Assembly: GCF_006345805.1 (NCBI RefSeq)
Contig: NC_043008.1
Coordinates: 21,266,001-21,330,000, forward strand
Direction: 5' to 3'
Length of the DNA: 64,000 nucleotides
Source of the DNA: Octopus sinensis
Lineage: Eukaryota
The notes beneath the pieces are model-generated. The model was not told the origin of the DNA. It worked only from the letters and a program-made list of their open reading frames with translations, and ran no database searches. Shown here in pieces: positions 28,035 to 40,611 of this stretch. The position numbers and the translations under genes were made by a program. Every line of letters starts with the position of its first letter. Position 1 is the first letter of the stretch.

Positions 28035-28950
28035 AAACAAGGTGAACTCATTGGTGGTGGGGTTTTCACTAGAAGTGTGGTGTTGAAACAGTTATTAAGA
28101 TAAAGGTTGTAATCTTTTCATTTCATTTTCCGTATAATTTTCATGCTGTCAATTCTAACAGCATGAATACACTGGTAATAACAACAACAGCAACAACAAT
28201 AATTAATTTTCATTATCATCTTTCAGTTCTGTTTCCATTTCCTGTCGAGTGTCTTCCTGACACCTAGGGCAGAGAAAGTCACTGTATACATTGGTAGGCC
28301 ATTAAAATAAACACACCAGATTGTTCGTTTACATAATCATGTGATAGAGAAAGAAGGGCAGAAACAAGGTGAGCTCATTGGTGGTGGGGTTTTCACTAGA
28401 AAAATGGTGTTGAAACAGTTATTAAGATAAAGGTTATAATCTTTTCATTTTATTTTCCATATAATTTTCATGCCGTCAATTCTAACAGCACGAGTATACT
28501 GGTAATAATAACAACAACAGCAACAACAACAACAACAATAATTAATTTTCAGTATCATCTTTCAATTTTGTTTCCATTTCTTGTTGAGTGTCTTCCTGAC
28601 ACCTAGGGCAGAGAAAGTCACTGTATACATTGGCAGGCCATTAAAGGCGGCGAGCTGGCAGAAACGTTAGTACGCCGGGCGAAATGCGTAGCTGTATTTC
28701 GTCTGTCGTTATGTTCTGAGTTCAAATTCCGCTGAAGTCGACTTTGCCTTTCATCCTTTCGGGGTCAATAAATAAAGTACCAGTTTCCAACTGGGGTCGA
28801 TGTAATCAACTTAATCCCTTTGTCTGTCCTTGTTTGTCCCTTCTATGTTTAGTCCCTTGTTGGCAGTAAAGAAATACATTGGTAGGCCATTAAAATAAAC
28901 ACACCAGATTGTTCATTTAAATAATCATGTGATAGAGAAAGAGGGACCGA
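28035..28950. repeat. 327-bp tandem duplication; second copy interrupted by a SINE
   Basis: Unit starts at 28035 and 28362. SINE at 28646 has a 20-bp TSD at 28626-28645 and 28875-28894. Confidence 0.85.
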
Positions 28951-28974
28951 AAGACAGAGAAAAAGGAAAAAAAA

Positions 28975-29370
28975 CAAATAAATAAAAGGGGAAAAAAGAA
29001 AGAAAAGTCACAGTGATAATACTCTTCTCAGTACATGTGACGTACCTGTTCAGATAATCTTTTGCACTTCCTGCATAGATGGTATGCCAAGGGATCATTC
29101 TTAAATAATTTTCCCTTCCTCTTTTCATCATTCCAAGTGTTCCTTCAATCACTGGTATTGTAACCCGTCTTGAGATGCCACATCTTTTCGATTTCAATTA
29201 GCAAATCTTTATATTTTCTGAGCTTAGCAAATTCTTTTGCCAAGATATTATGGTATGCTCATGTCAATCAATAAACAGACTTTATTGTTTTGGTCTTTCA
29301 CAACAATGTCTGGTTTATTTGCTTTGATGGTCCAGTCTGCACATAATGGAGTGTCCTAAAAAATTGTTAC
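28975..29370 (-). mobile_element. Dong/R4-clade LINE restriction-like endonuclease fragment
   Basis: Minus strand reads KANKPDIVVKDQNNKVCLLIDMSIP...KYKDLLIEIEKMWHL...TIPVIEGTLGMMK across frameshifts. Confidence 0.8.
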
Positions 29371-30087
29371 ATTCTATTATTATCATCATCATTATCATTA
29401 TAATTATAATAATTATTATTATTAAAATAGTGAGCTGGCAGAATTTTTACTGTGCCAGACTAGTGCTTTGTGGCATTTATTCCATCTTTATGCTCTGAGT
29501 TCCAGTTCCACCAAAGTTGACTTTCATTGACTTTTTGGAGTTAATAGACTACGTATCAGTTGGCGTATTGAGGGTGGCGAGGTGGCAGAAACTTTAGCAC
29601 GCCGGGCAAAATGCTTAGCGGTATTTCGTCTGTCTTTACGTTCTGAGTTCAAATTCCGCTGAGGTCAACTTTGCCTCTCATCTTTTCGGGGTTGATAAAT
29701 AAAGTACCAGTTATGCACTGGGGTCGATGTAATCGACTTAATCTGTGTGTCTGTCCTTGTTTGTCCCCTCTGTGTTTAGCCTCTTGTGGGTAGTAAAGAA
29801 ATAGGTATTTCGTCTGTCTCTACGTTCTGAGTTCAAATTCCGCTGAGGTCAACTTTGCCTGTCATCTTTTTGGGGTTGGTAAATAAAGTACCAGTTACGC
29901 ACTGGGGTTGATGTAACCAACTTAATCCTTTTGTCTGTCCCTGTTTGTCCCCTCTATGTTTAGCCCCTTGTGGGCAATAAAGAAATAAGAATACGTATCG
30001 GATTGATGTAACAAACTTGTCCCTCTCCCAAAATTTCTGGCCTTGTGCAACAATTTGACATCATTCTTACTACCACTGCTGCTGCTG

Positions 30088-30139
<52 letters not shown>

Positions 30140-30147
30140 AATTACAG

Positions 30148-30250
30148 GATCAGAATGCAGAATCATTTGGAACATCAATGTTTTCACAATCAAAAGAAGA
30201 CAATAATACCGATGGACAAGGCATTTTCTCTGGTTTCTCACAATTGTCAG
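30148..30250 (+). CDS. Internal exon D (103 nt) of the same gene
   Basis: Acceptor ttcaattacag|, strong donor G|gtaaga. Phase 0 in, phase 1 out, exactly bridging exons C and E. Encodes DQNAESFGTSMFSQSKEDNNTDGQGIFSGFSQLS. Confidence 0.8.
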
Positions 30251-30447
30251 GTAAGATAGATGATGTGTGTGTGTGTGTCTGTGTGTGTGCGTGCAAGATT
30301 GTGTATGCATGCACACATGTATGTGTGTATTTATTTATTTATGTATGTATGTTTGTACGAACGTATATATATATGTATGTATGTATATGTATGTTTGTAT
30401 GTATGTATATATATATGTATGTTAGTAAGTATGTATGTATGTATGTG

Positions 30448-30502
<55 letters not shown>

Positions 30503-30688
30503 TATGTTTGTATGTATGTATGCATGAAGCTAAGGCTGCACTTAAGAATGAGGACGGTTTACTGAGAAGTAGACATTGGATCTTGGTGCAGCCGTCTGGC
30601 TTGTCAGTTCAAGTCAAATTGTCAAAACAATGCCAGCATGGAGGAATGGAGGAGGTTACATGCTAATAATGAATATTATATATATATA

Positions 30689-31088
30689 GGCGTAGGAGTG
30701 GCTGTGTGGTAAGTAGCTTGCTTACCAACCACATGGTTCCGGGTTCAGTCCCACTGCATGGCATCTTGAGCAAATGTCTTCTACTATAGCCTCGGGCCGA
30801 CAAAAGCTTTGTGAGTGGATTTGGTAGACGGAAACTGAAAGAAGCCTGTCGTATATATGTGTATATATATATATGTGTATGTTTGTGTGTTGTGTTTGTC
30901 CCCCCCCCCAACATCGCTTGACAACCGATGCTGGTGTGTTTACGTCCCTGTATGTTAGCGGTTCGGCAAAAGAGACAGATAGAATAAGTACTAGGCTTAC
31001 AAAGAATTAGTCCTAGAATCGATTTGCTCGACTAAAAGGCGGTGCTCCAGCATGGCCACAGTCACATGACTGAAACAAGTAAAAGAGT
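30689..31088 (+). mobile_element. SINE family A (tRNA head, internal (TA)n(TG)n), representative full-length copy
   Basis: Head ggcgtaggagtggctgtgtggtaag...gggttcagtccc and tail ...ctgaaacaagtaaaagag. Further whole or partial copies at about 1-285, 5459-5876(-), 7285-7690, 12603-12790, 21355-21970, 24430-24785(-), 31905-32295, 40010-40410(-), 42170-42520(-), 43240-43612(-), 44425-44790(-), 47910-48300 and 54645-55030. Confidence 0.9.
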
Positions 31089-31395
31089 ATATGTGTGTGT
31101 GTGTGTACATTTTTCTGTGATGGTTTTTTTTTTTGGTAACCAGCATTGATTTTTACAATCTATAAAAAATAATTATATAAATTTCAAGCTTACAAGCAAT
31201 TACTGTGCAATGGCTAATGAAAATAGTTTAATAATGGGGCATGTAAGCCCTTGACAGAAAAAAGTAGGTTTTCCTGTACACATGCAAAAACCTACTTTTC
31301 TCTGTCAAGGGCTTATATGCCCCCTTATTAGACTATTTTCGCTAGTCATTGCATGATGATCGCTTTTAAGCTTTAAACTTATGTGATATTGCATA

Positions 31396-31445
<50 letters not shown>

Positions 31446-32360
31446 GTATACATATATTTTGCTTCTTTTAGTCATTAGACTGTGGCAATGCTGGAGCACA
31501 GCCTTAAAGAACTGGACTTAGGTGTTTAAGCCTGCTACTTCTCTCAGTGTCTTTTGCCAAACTGTTAAGTTATGGGGACATAAACAAAGCAACACCAGTT
31601 GTTAACAGTGGCGGAGGACAAGCATACAGACACACACACACACACACACTAACACACACACACACACACTCACACACACATGCACACACACACATACACA
31701 CGTGTGCACACATGTATACACAATGGGCTTCTTTCAGTTTCCGTCTGCCAAATCCACTCACAAGGTTCTGGTCTGTCCAAGACTATAGTAGCAGACACTT
31801 GCCCATGGTGCCACACAGTAGAACCATATCTCCATATCTCCAAGAAGCAAGCTTCTTCTATACACACACACACTTATATTGGCGTATATATATATGTATA
31901 TACAAGCGTAGGAATGGCTGTGTGGTAAGTAGCTTGCTAATGACCCACATGGTTCCGAGTTCAGTACCACTGTGTGACACCTTGGGCAAGTGTCTTCTAC
32001 TATAGCCTTGGGCCGACCAAAGCCTTGTGAGTGAATTTGGTAGACAGAAACTGAAAGAAGCCCATCATATATATATATGTGCATGTGTGTGTGTATATGT
32101 TTGTCGTCCCACCCCAACATCACTTGACAACCGATGCTGGTGTGTTTACGGCCCTGTAACTTAGTGGTTCGGCAAAAGAGACTGATAGAATAAGTACTAG
32201 GCTTACAAAGAATAAGTCCTGGGGTCGATTTGCTCGACTAAAGGTGATGCTCCAGTATAGTCACAGTCAAATGACTAAAAGAGTAAAGAGTAAAAGAGAT
32301 ATATGTATGTATATGTATGTGTTTTCATGTGTGTGTATGTGTGTGCATGCTTGGTTTTCT

Positions 32361-33162
32361 TTAACCCCTTTAACTTTTAAACCAGCCATATCCGGCCCCA
32401 AATTTTCTACCTGTTTTATGTTGAAACTGGGCAGATCGGGCCTCTCACACCTACCCAACAACGACCTTGTAAAAATATACTGTTACATCATTGAAATGCA
32501 TGATCATTTGAAATCAATGTGAATATATAAGCTTTACATTTGACAAAGTGAAGGCGCATGGCTCAGTGGTTAGAGCGTCGAGCTTACGATCGTGAGGTTA
32601 TGAGCTCGAATCCGGGACCGGGCTACATGCTGTGTTCTTGAGCAAGACACTTTAATTCACGTTGCTCTAGTTAACTCAGCTGTAGAAATGAGTTTTGATG
32701 TCACAGGTGCCAAACTGTATCGGCCCCTTTGCCTTTCCCTTGGATAACATCGGTGGCATGGAGAGGGGAGGCAGGTATGCATGGGCGAGCTGGCAGAAAC
32801 GTTAGCGTGCCGGGCAAAATGCTTAGCGGTATCTCGTCTGTCGTTATGTTCTGAGTTCAAATTCCGCTGAGGTCGACTTTGCCTTTCATCCTTTCGAGGT
32901 CGATAAATAAAGTACCAGTTACGCACTGGGGACGATGTAATCGACTTAATACCTATGTCTGTCCTTGTTTGTCCCCTGTATGTTTAGCCCCTTGTGGGTA
33001 ATAAAGAAATAGGTATGCATGGGCGACTGCAGGTCTTCCATGAATCACCTTGCCCAGACTTGTGACTAGGAGGGTAACTTTCTAGGTGCAATCCCATGGT
33101 CAGTGTCGTGACCAAATTGGGTCCCGACATTTGACAAACCTATGTGAATGCTGAAGGGTTAA
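32361..33162. mobile_element. piggyBac-like MITE (TTAA-CCC...GGG-TTAA) carrying two nested SINEs
   Basis: TTAA at 32361-64 and 33159-62. SINE at 32548-33126 with TSD acatttgacaaa, itself holding a SINE at about 32789-33010 with TSD aggtatgcatgggcga. A related copy lies at about 3100-3655. Confidence 0.7.
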
Positions 33163-33356
33163 GGTCTACTTTCCATTGAATACAACTCAAGCCATCGACT
33201 AACCAGAACAAAGTGACAAATTTCATTTTACTAATCCTATGATTTTTAGCAACATATCATCATAGTATACAAAGTACAAGTGTGTTCTATGTTAACAATT
33301 AACTCTTCTTCTTTACTCTCTCTTTCTTTTTTTTTTTCCCCACCTCTCAACCAAAG

Positions 33357-33565
33357 CTACTGAAGTGGATGCACCAGTAGAATTCAGATTCTCCAATTCT
33401 AATGAAGATGTGGCACCAAACCAAAACGGAGGCAACTTTTTCTCTTTTGGTGCTGACAGTTTCACCTCGTCGAACGATCAAGATTCCAGAAATAATTTCT
33501 CTTTTGATTTTTCAGTTTCTTCCAGCTTAGAGTCTGCCAACAACCCGCCGTTTTCATTGTTTTAA
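33357..33565 (+). CDS. Terminal coding exon E of the same gene
   Basis: Long polypyrimidine tract then aaccaaag|, phase 1 in. Encodes (A)TEVDAPVEFRFSNSNEDVAPNQNGGNFFSFGADSFTSSNDQDSRNNFSFDFSVSSSLESANNPPFSLF and ends in TAA at 33563-33565. Confidence 0.8.
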
Positions 33566-33576
33566 TCACCACCTCG

Positions 33577-33647
<71 letters not shown>

Positions 33648-33731
33648 GCGTGTGTGTGTGTTTGTGTGTGTGCGTGTGTGCGTGTGTGTGTGTGTGTGTT
33701 TGTGTGTGTGCGTGTGTGTGTGCGTGCGTGT

Positions 33732-33763
<32 letters not shown>

Positions 33764-33865
33764 GCGTGCGTGCGTGTGTGTTGTGTGCAAATGCCTAACA
33801 ATACACATTAATATGCATTTATGTATGTGCATGCATTTTGGCGTTGCAGTCAAGAAGAGATTTAT

Positions 33866-35040
33866 GTATACCCACACACACATATATATACATAAACAAA
33901 TACCCACACACACCATATATATACATAAACAAATACCCCACACACACACATATATATACATAAACAAATACCCACACACACATATATATACATAACAAAT
34001 ACCCACACACACTATATATACATAAACAAATACCCACACACCATATATATACATAAACAAATCCCACACACACATATATATACATAAACAATACCCACAC
34101 ACACATATAATACATAAACAAATACCCACACACACATATATATACATAAACAAATACCCACACACACATATATATACATAAACAAATACCCACACACACA
34201 TATATATACATAAACAAATACCCACACACACATATATATACATAAACAAATACCCACACACACATATATATACATAAACAAATACCCACACACACATATA
34301 TATACATAAACAAATACCCACACACACACATATATAACATAAACAAATACCCACACACATATATATACATAAACAAATACCCACACACACATATATATAC
34401 ATAAACAAATACCCACACACACAATATATACATAAACAAATACCCACACACACATATATATACATAAACAAATACCCACACACACATATATATACATAAA
34501 CAAATACCCACACACACATATATATACATAAACAAATACCCCACACACACATATATATACATAAACAAATACCCACACACACATATATACATAAACAAAT
34601 ACCCACACACACATATATATACATAAACAAATACCCACACACACATATATATACATAAACAAATACCCACACACACATATATATACATAAACAAATACCC
34701 ACACACACATATATACATAAACAAATACCCACACACACATATATACATAAACAAATACCACACACACATATATATACATAAACAAATACCCACACACACA
34801 TTATATACATAAACAAATACCCACACCACATATATATACATAAACAAATACCCACACACACATATATATACATAAACAAATACCCACACACACATATATA
34901 TACATAAACAAATACCCACACACACATTATATACATAAACAAATACCCACACACACATATATATACATAAACAAATACCCACACACACATATATATACAT
35001 AGACAAATACCCACACACACATATATATATACATAGACAA
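33866..35040. repeat. Minisatellite, 32-bp consensus unit (taaacaaatacccacacacacatatatataca), roughly 35-38 copies
   Basis: Direct period measurement (34211 to 34243 = 32). It generates the spurious 521/399/261-aa minus-strand ORFs. Confidence 0.95.
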
Positions 35041-35298
35041 ATTTAACATACAGACACATGTACACAGTTACAAGCATATATGGACACACAAACACAGACA
35101 TACATACATGCATACACACACTCACACACACATATGCATTGATAGCTATAGATATGAATTATAGATTTTACACATTAAGACAGCCATATACACATATACA
35201 TACATATACACATAGATATATTCACTCAGGGAAAGCTGTTACAAATCCATACCTTCACCTATATATTCATTCCCAGCTACATATATATATATATATAT

Positions 35299-35579
35299 AT
35301 CAACAATCAAGGAACGGCCATAATAGGCCATTCACCCACTAGAAATAACAGCCAAAGCTTCAACCGCAAATAAAAATCAATTCCGTAAACCAGGAGAAAA
35401 TTTAAAAAACATTTACCTGTAATTTCTTAAGAAATTACAAGAAATTATAAGAAATTACAGGGTAAATGTTTTTTAAATTTTCTCCTGGTTTACGGAATTG
35501 ATTTTTATTTGCGGTTGAAGCTTTGGCTGTTATTTCTAGTGGGTGAATGGCCTATTATGGCCGTTCCTTGATTGTTGAT
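35299..35579. repeat. Near-perfect 281-bp palindrome (130/131-bp arms)
   Basis: 35299-35428 is the reverse complement of 35449-35579 except for one C in a homopolymer. The 20-nt spacer is two more copies of the aagaaatta(c/t) 10-mer that begins the right arm. Confidence 0.95.
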
Positions 35580-35679
35580 GTTGAACTTAAAAATGGTCTA
35601 TGACTATTTAATTTTTTCCCACTAGGCCGCTGGTGGCAAAAAAATTCTACAAAATTTTTTTTGCCACCCTATATTGATT

Positions 35680-35932
35680 AATTATATATATATATATATA
35701 TATACATTGTAAATCTGTACACACTAAGAAACATGCATACAAACACACATAAACACACACACATGTACACACGCACTCACAGACACACACAAAGGCAGTG
35801 GCATTCGACATGTGCCTTAACTAAATACTCGGTGTGTGTAATAGTCATTCATAAACTGAAATTGTCAACAAGATAACTTATCATGCCGGTCATATGTAAA
35901 CTATTTTGGATCAAAAAAGTATATATTTGTAC

Positions 35933-35967
<35 letters not shown>

Positions 35968-36036
35968 TCTCTTTTTCTGTGTGTATATATATATATATAT
36001 ATATATACATACATACACACACACACATGTATATAT

Positions 36037-36081
<45 letters not shown>

Positions 36082-36483
36082 AATATATTTGTATATATAC
36101 ATACATATGTATGAATTTATATATATTATTATATATGCAATTATATATATATGTTTGTATATGTGCATGTGTATATGTATATATATATATATATATATAC
36201 ACAAATGTACACACATGCATTGCATATATATATTTATGTATATGTTTATATGTGTACAAACATATATGTATATACATATGGTGGAGTGAACGTTGTGAAA
36301 GTTGCTGCAACAGACACATTTAAACAAACCTAACCTCTATTATATATACTTGTCAGATATACGTATTTGTATTTCCCTGTGCAGAAGTGTTTACATGTAA
36401 ACGCATATACACCCTAACACATACACACACGAATACAATCACACAAACAAACACACACACACACATACACACACACACAAACA

Positions 36484-36536
<53 letters not shown>

Positions 36537-36680
36537 CATATGTGTGTATGTGTGGGGGGCATGTGTACTATTTTGCAAGATTTGAAAGTTGTTAAATAGT
36601 ATTTCTGTATTGTATATTTTGTAACCATTGTTGTGTGTTTGTACTCTCTCTCTCTCTCTATATATATATATACACATATG

Positions 36681-36729
<49 letters not shown>

Positions 36730-37026
36730 ATAGATATATTATTGTATATATATATATATATGTATACATATATATATATATATATATATATATGTTATAT
36801 ATATATATATGTATACATACATATGTACAATATGTATGTATATACACACACATATACATACATACATACATACATATATATATATACTTTTTTTAAGTAT
36901 GTATATATATATAAAGCTGCAGAATTTTTGCAGTTTAATAAAAAGTATATTTCTCTACCTTGCTATTCAAGTACTATTTTTTTCACATTGTTTGCACTTA
37001 TGTGCTAACCTATGTGTGAATAATGT

Positions 37027-37089
<63 letters not shown>

Positions 37090-37159
37090 ATATATATGTG
37101 GTGTGTGTGTGTGTATATATTTATATATCTGTGTAGATATATGTATATATTTATGTATA

Positions 37160-37196
<37 letters not shown>

Positions 37197-38647
37197 TATA
37201 TTTATTTATTAACATTTCATATACTCATGAAATAGAATGTCTTTAAGAACTATCTCCCCAATTGAAAGAGGTAGATGAAGCTGTAATAAACTCACACACA
37301 ACACTCCCCCACTCACCAATCTGTGACTGCTTCAGGCAACAAGAGCAGAATAAACGCATTAAATATGACGTCTTTATTTCATATACTTAATGTATTATGG
37401 TACTGAAGTCACGTCACAGGCGTTTATAGTGTCTCATTATATCAATAATTGGAACAGTCTTCAGGAAATATCCTAACTAACATCATAATAGGAAATATTC
37501 ACTCAATTATACACTGATATTCCAAGCATTGTATTAGCATCGCATTATGATGAATTTGCATCATTTTGTTGTATTTTGGGAGGGTCATTACGCCAATAAT
37601 CAACACATGCACTGGTTCTGTTTGATTTCTTTTATTACAAGTTGACTAGTGAAATATTTAACTTATTAACTTTATTAACTAATTGATTGTTTGATTAATG
37701 GTTTGCTTGATCAGTTAGCTAGGTTTGGTCTGTTCATCACTGTTCATGAACTCAACGACAGGCTCCCTCCAGGCCTGCTTGAGGTCTATCTATCTATCTG
37801 TCTGTTTGTTTCCTAGTTTAGAGGTTCTATAGTTGAGCTGGCAGAAACGTTAGTGTGCCGGGCGAAATGCTAAGCAGTATTTCGTCTGCCGCTACGTTCT
37901 GAGTTTAAATTCTGCCGAGGTCGACTTTGCCTTTCATCCTTTCAGGGTCGATTAAATAAGTACCAGTTACGCACTGGGGTCGATGTAATCGACTTAATCC
38001 CTTTGTCTGTCCTTGTTTGTCCCCTCTATGTTTAGCCCCTTGTGGGTAGTAAAGAAATATATATATAGATGTGAGTGAGAATGCATAGGAGAGGAGAGAG
38101 AGACTTGTGTGTGTGTGTGTGTGTGTGTAGACGTGTGCATGCATATGTGTTCATGTATGTTCATGGTAGAAGATTCATTGACTAAACAATTTATCAAGCA
38201 ATGGATGTTCTAATTGGTTAAATGCTTTAGTTCACTAATAATAATAGTAATGAAAGAAGTGAAATTGAATCAGTGCATGTGTTTATTATTGGCATGACAA
38301 CCCTCCTAAGATAAATGCTTGAGTTCATATTAAGAATCTTTGTAAACCAAATACAAAAGCTAAAATCATTTTCTTTTTGTATTAAATAAATAATATTTAT
38401 ATTTTTGTCAGTTTTGGTTTGACATTGTCTGTCTTCACTAGCCAGATGGCATGTCCTGATCCGCACATAGAAAGTCATTTATATCTATCTGTCTGTCTGT
38501 CTGTCTGTCTGTCTATGTCTATCTATCTATCTATCTATCTCTCTATCTATCTATCTATCTATCTATCTTCTATCTATCTATCTATCTATCTATCTGTATA
38601 TCTATCTATCTATTCTATCTATCTATCTGTATATCTATCTATCTATA

Positions 38648-38714
<67 letters not shown>

Positions 38715-38955
38715 TCAGGCATACAAATAAATGGATTTACCAGTATATATTAATATAAACACACACATACACACACTCACACACACACATGCAAACACAT
38801 ACACACGCACACACACACGCACACACACACACACATATACATATATATATACATACATACATATCTATTTGTGTATATATATATATATATTTCTTTATGT
38901 GAATATGTTGAGTGAAAGAGAGCATTCCGTATATATATTTTGGCAGAAGTATGTA

Positions 38956-38993
<38 letters not shown>

Positions 38994-39330
38994 CGTACAC
39001 ACACGTATATACACATCTGTCAATGTATGTATGTATGTAATGCTAGACATTGACAGGTATGTATGTGCCTATAATACTCGTTCACACCTGAACGTGCACA
39101 TGTATCTCAAACCACATACTTATATGCAGACACACACAAATACACACACACACAAACACATGCACACACACCACACACACAAACACACACACTCACACAA
39201 ACACACAAACACACACACTCACACAAACACACACACACACAAACACATTTACGCACACACACACACAGAGACAAATACACACACACACATTCACACAAAC
39301 ACATGCACACACACACACTCACACACACAT

Positions 39331-39380
<50 letters not shown>
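35680..39380. repeat. Compound microsatellite field (TA, CA/TG, CT, TCTA)
   Basis: Direct inspection. Similar fields at about 4700-5130, 30260-30520, 33579-33780, 49700-51400, 52088-52185 and 60720-60990. Confidence 0.95.
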
Positions 39381-40611
39381 ATATGAGGAAATAACTTGTT
39401 TGTTTAACCAAGCTTGTTTATGCTGTAATTGTTGGTTTTTAAAATAAATTTTAATGGGTTTTTTTTTTAAAATTTTTTAGTAACTGTGTTTTTTTTTTTT
39501 TTTCCTCCTCTCCTTCTTATTTATAGTTGTTTACCTAATTTAAAAGGAATATTCAAATAAACTTAGAAATAAAATCATTGGAATTTTACTTTTTCTACTT
39601 TCACTTTGCTGTTTATTATTTTAAAAACACCAATTTTTATATATTTATAAAATAAAATAACATAAGTAAATATTTTCTCTATTATCTTTATAGGAAAACC
39701 TGTTATTTTTTTTTCTTGTTTATTTAGTTGTATTGGTTTACTTTTCTTATAAATTTGAGAAATTCTCGCTCTCTGCTGCATGGTCTTTTCCTCGTGTTTT
39801 ACAATTATATATCATTGTATTCTAAATCCCTCGTATTTTCATATCTTGTGTGTAATACGATAGGATCTTAGATGTAGATCATTTTACACGAAAGCTTTTG
39901 TGTCTTACCATCTATTCTATTATTCCATTTTATAATCTGATGCGTGGATGTGTGTTGAAACAGTATGGGAATTGAGTTTTTTCTTTCTTTTATTTTTAGT
40001 TTTACTCTTTTTACTTGTTTTCATTCAGTCATTTGACTGCGGCCATGCTGGAGCACCGCCTTTAGTCGAGCAAATCGACCCTGGACTTATTCTTTGTAAG
40101 CCTAGTACTTATTCTATCGTCTCTTTTTTTGCCGAACCGCGCTAGTGACGGGACGTAAACACCCAGCATCGGTTTTTGTCAAGCATGCTAGGGGGACAAA
40201 CACAGACACACAAACATATACACACACCACTTATGTATATATACACATATATACACAGGCTTCTTTTTCAGTTTCCGTCTACCAATCCACTCACAAGGTA
40301 TTGGTCGGCCCGGGGCTATAGCAGAAGACACTTGCCCAAGATGCCACGCAGTGGGACTGAACCCGGAACCATGTGGTTGGTAAGCAAGCTACTTACCACA
40401 CGGCCACTCCAGCTTGTTCATTATTTTTTTCTCATAACCAGGATATTTAAAATAATGGAGTATTTCACTTGCTTTAACACTACATGGACGATATTAAAAA
40501 AATAAATTTAATTAATGGAGATTTGTTAGTTTGGGGTATTCCCAGTGAGATTTGAACTCATCTGTTTATTCAAATATTACTGTATTATTAATATTTATTA
40601 TGGGAAAATTG

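Noticed and set aside
33866-35040. CRISPR-like array (32-bp period)
   Set aside because: Units are head-to-tail with no unique spacers, there are no cas genes, and the context is eukaryotic.
33566-35131. 521-, 399- and 261-aa minus-strand ORFs, and similar C/V/Y/I/H/T-rich ORFs elsewhere
   Set aside because: They are translations of the 32-bp satellite and dinucleotide repeats, which lack stop codons in some frames.
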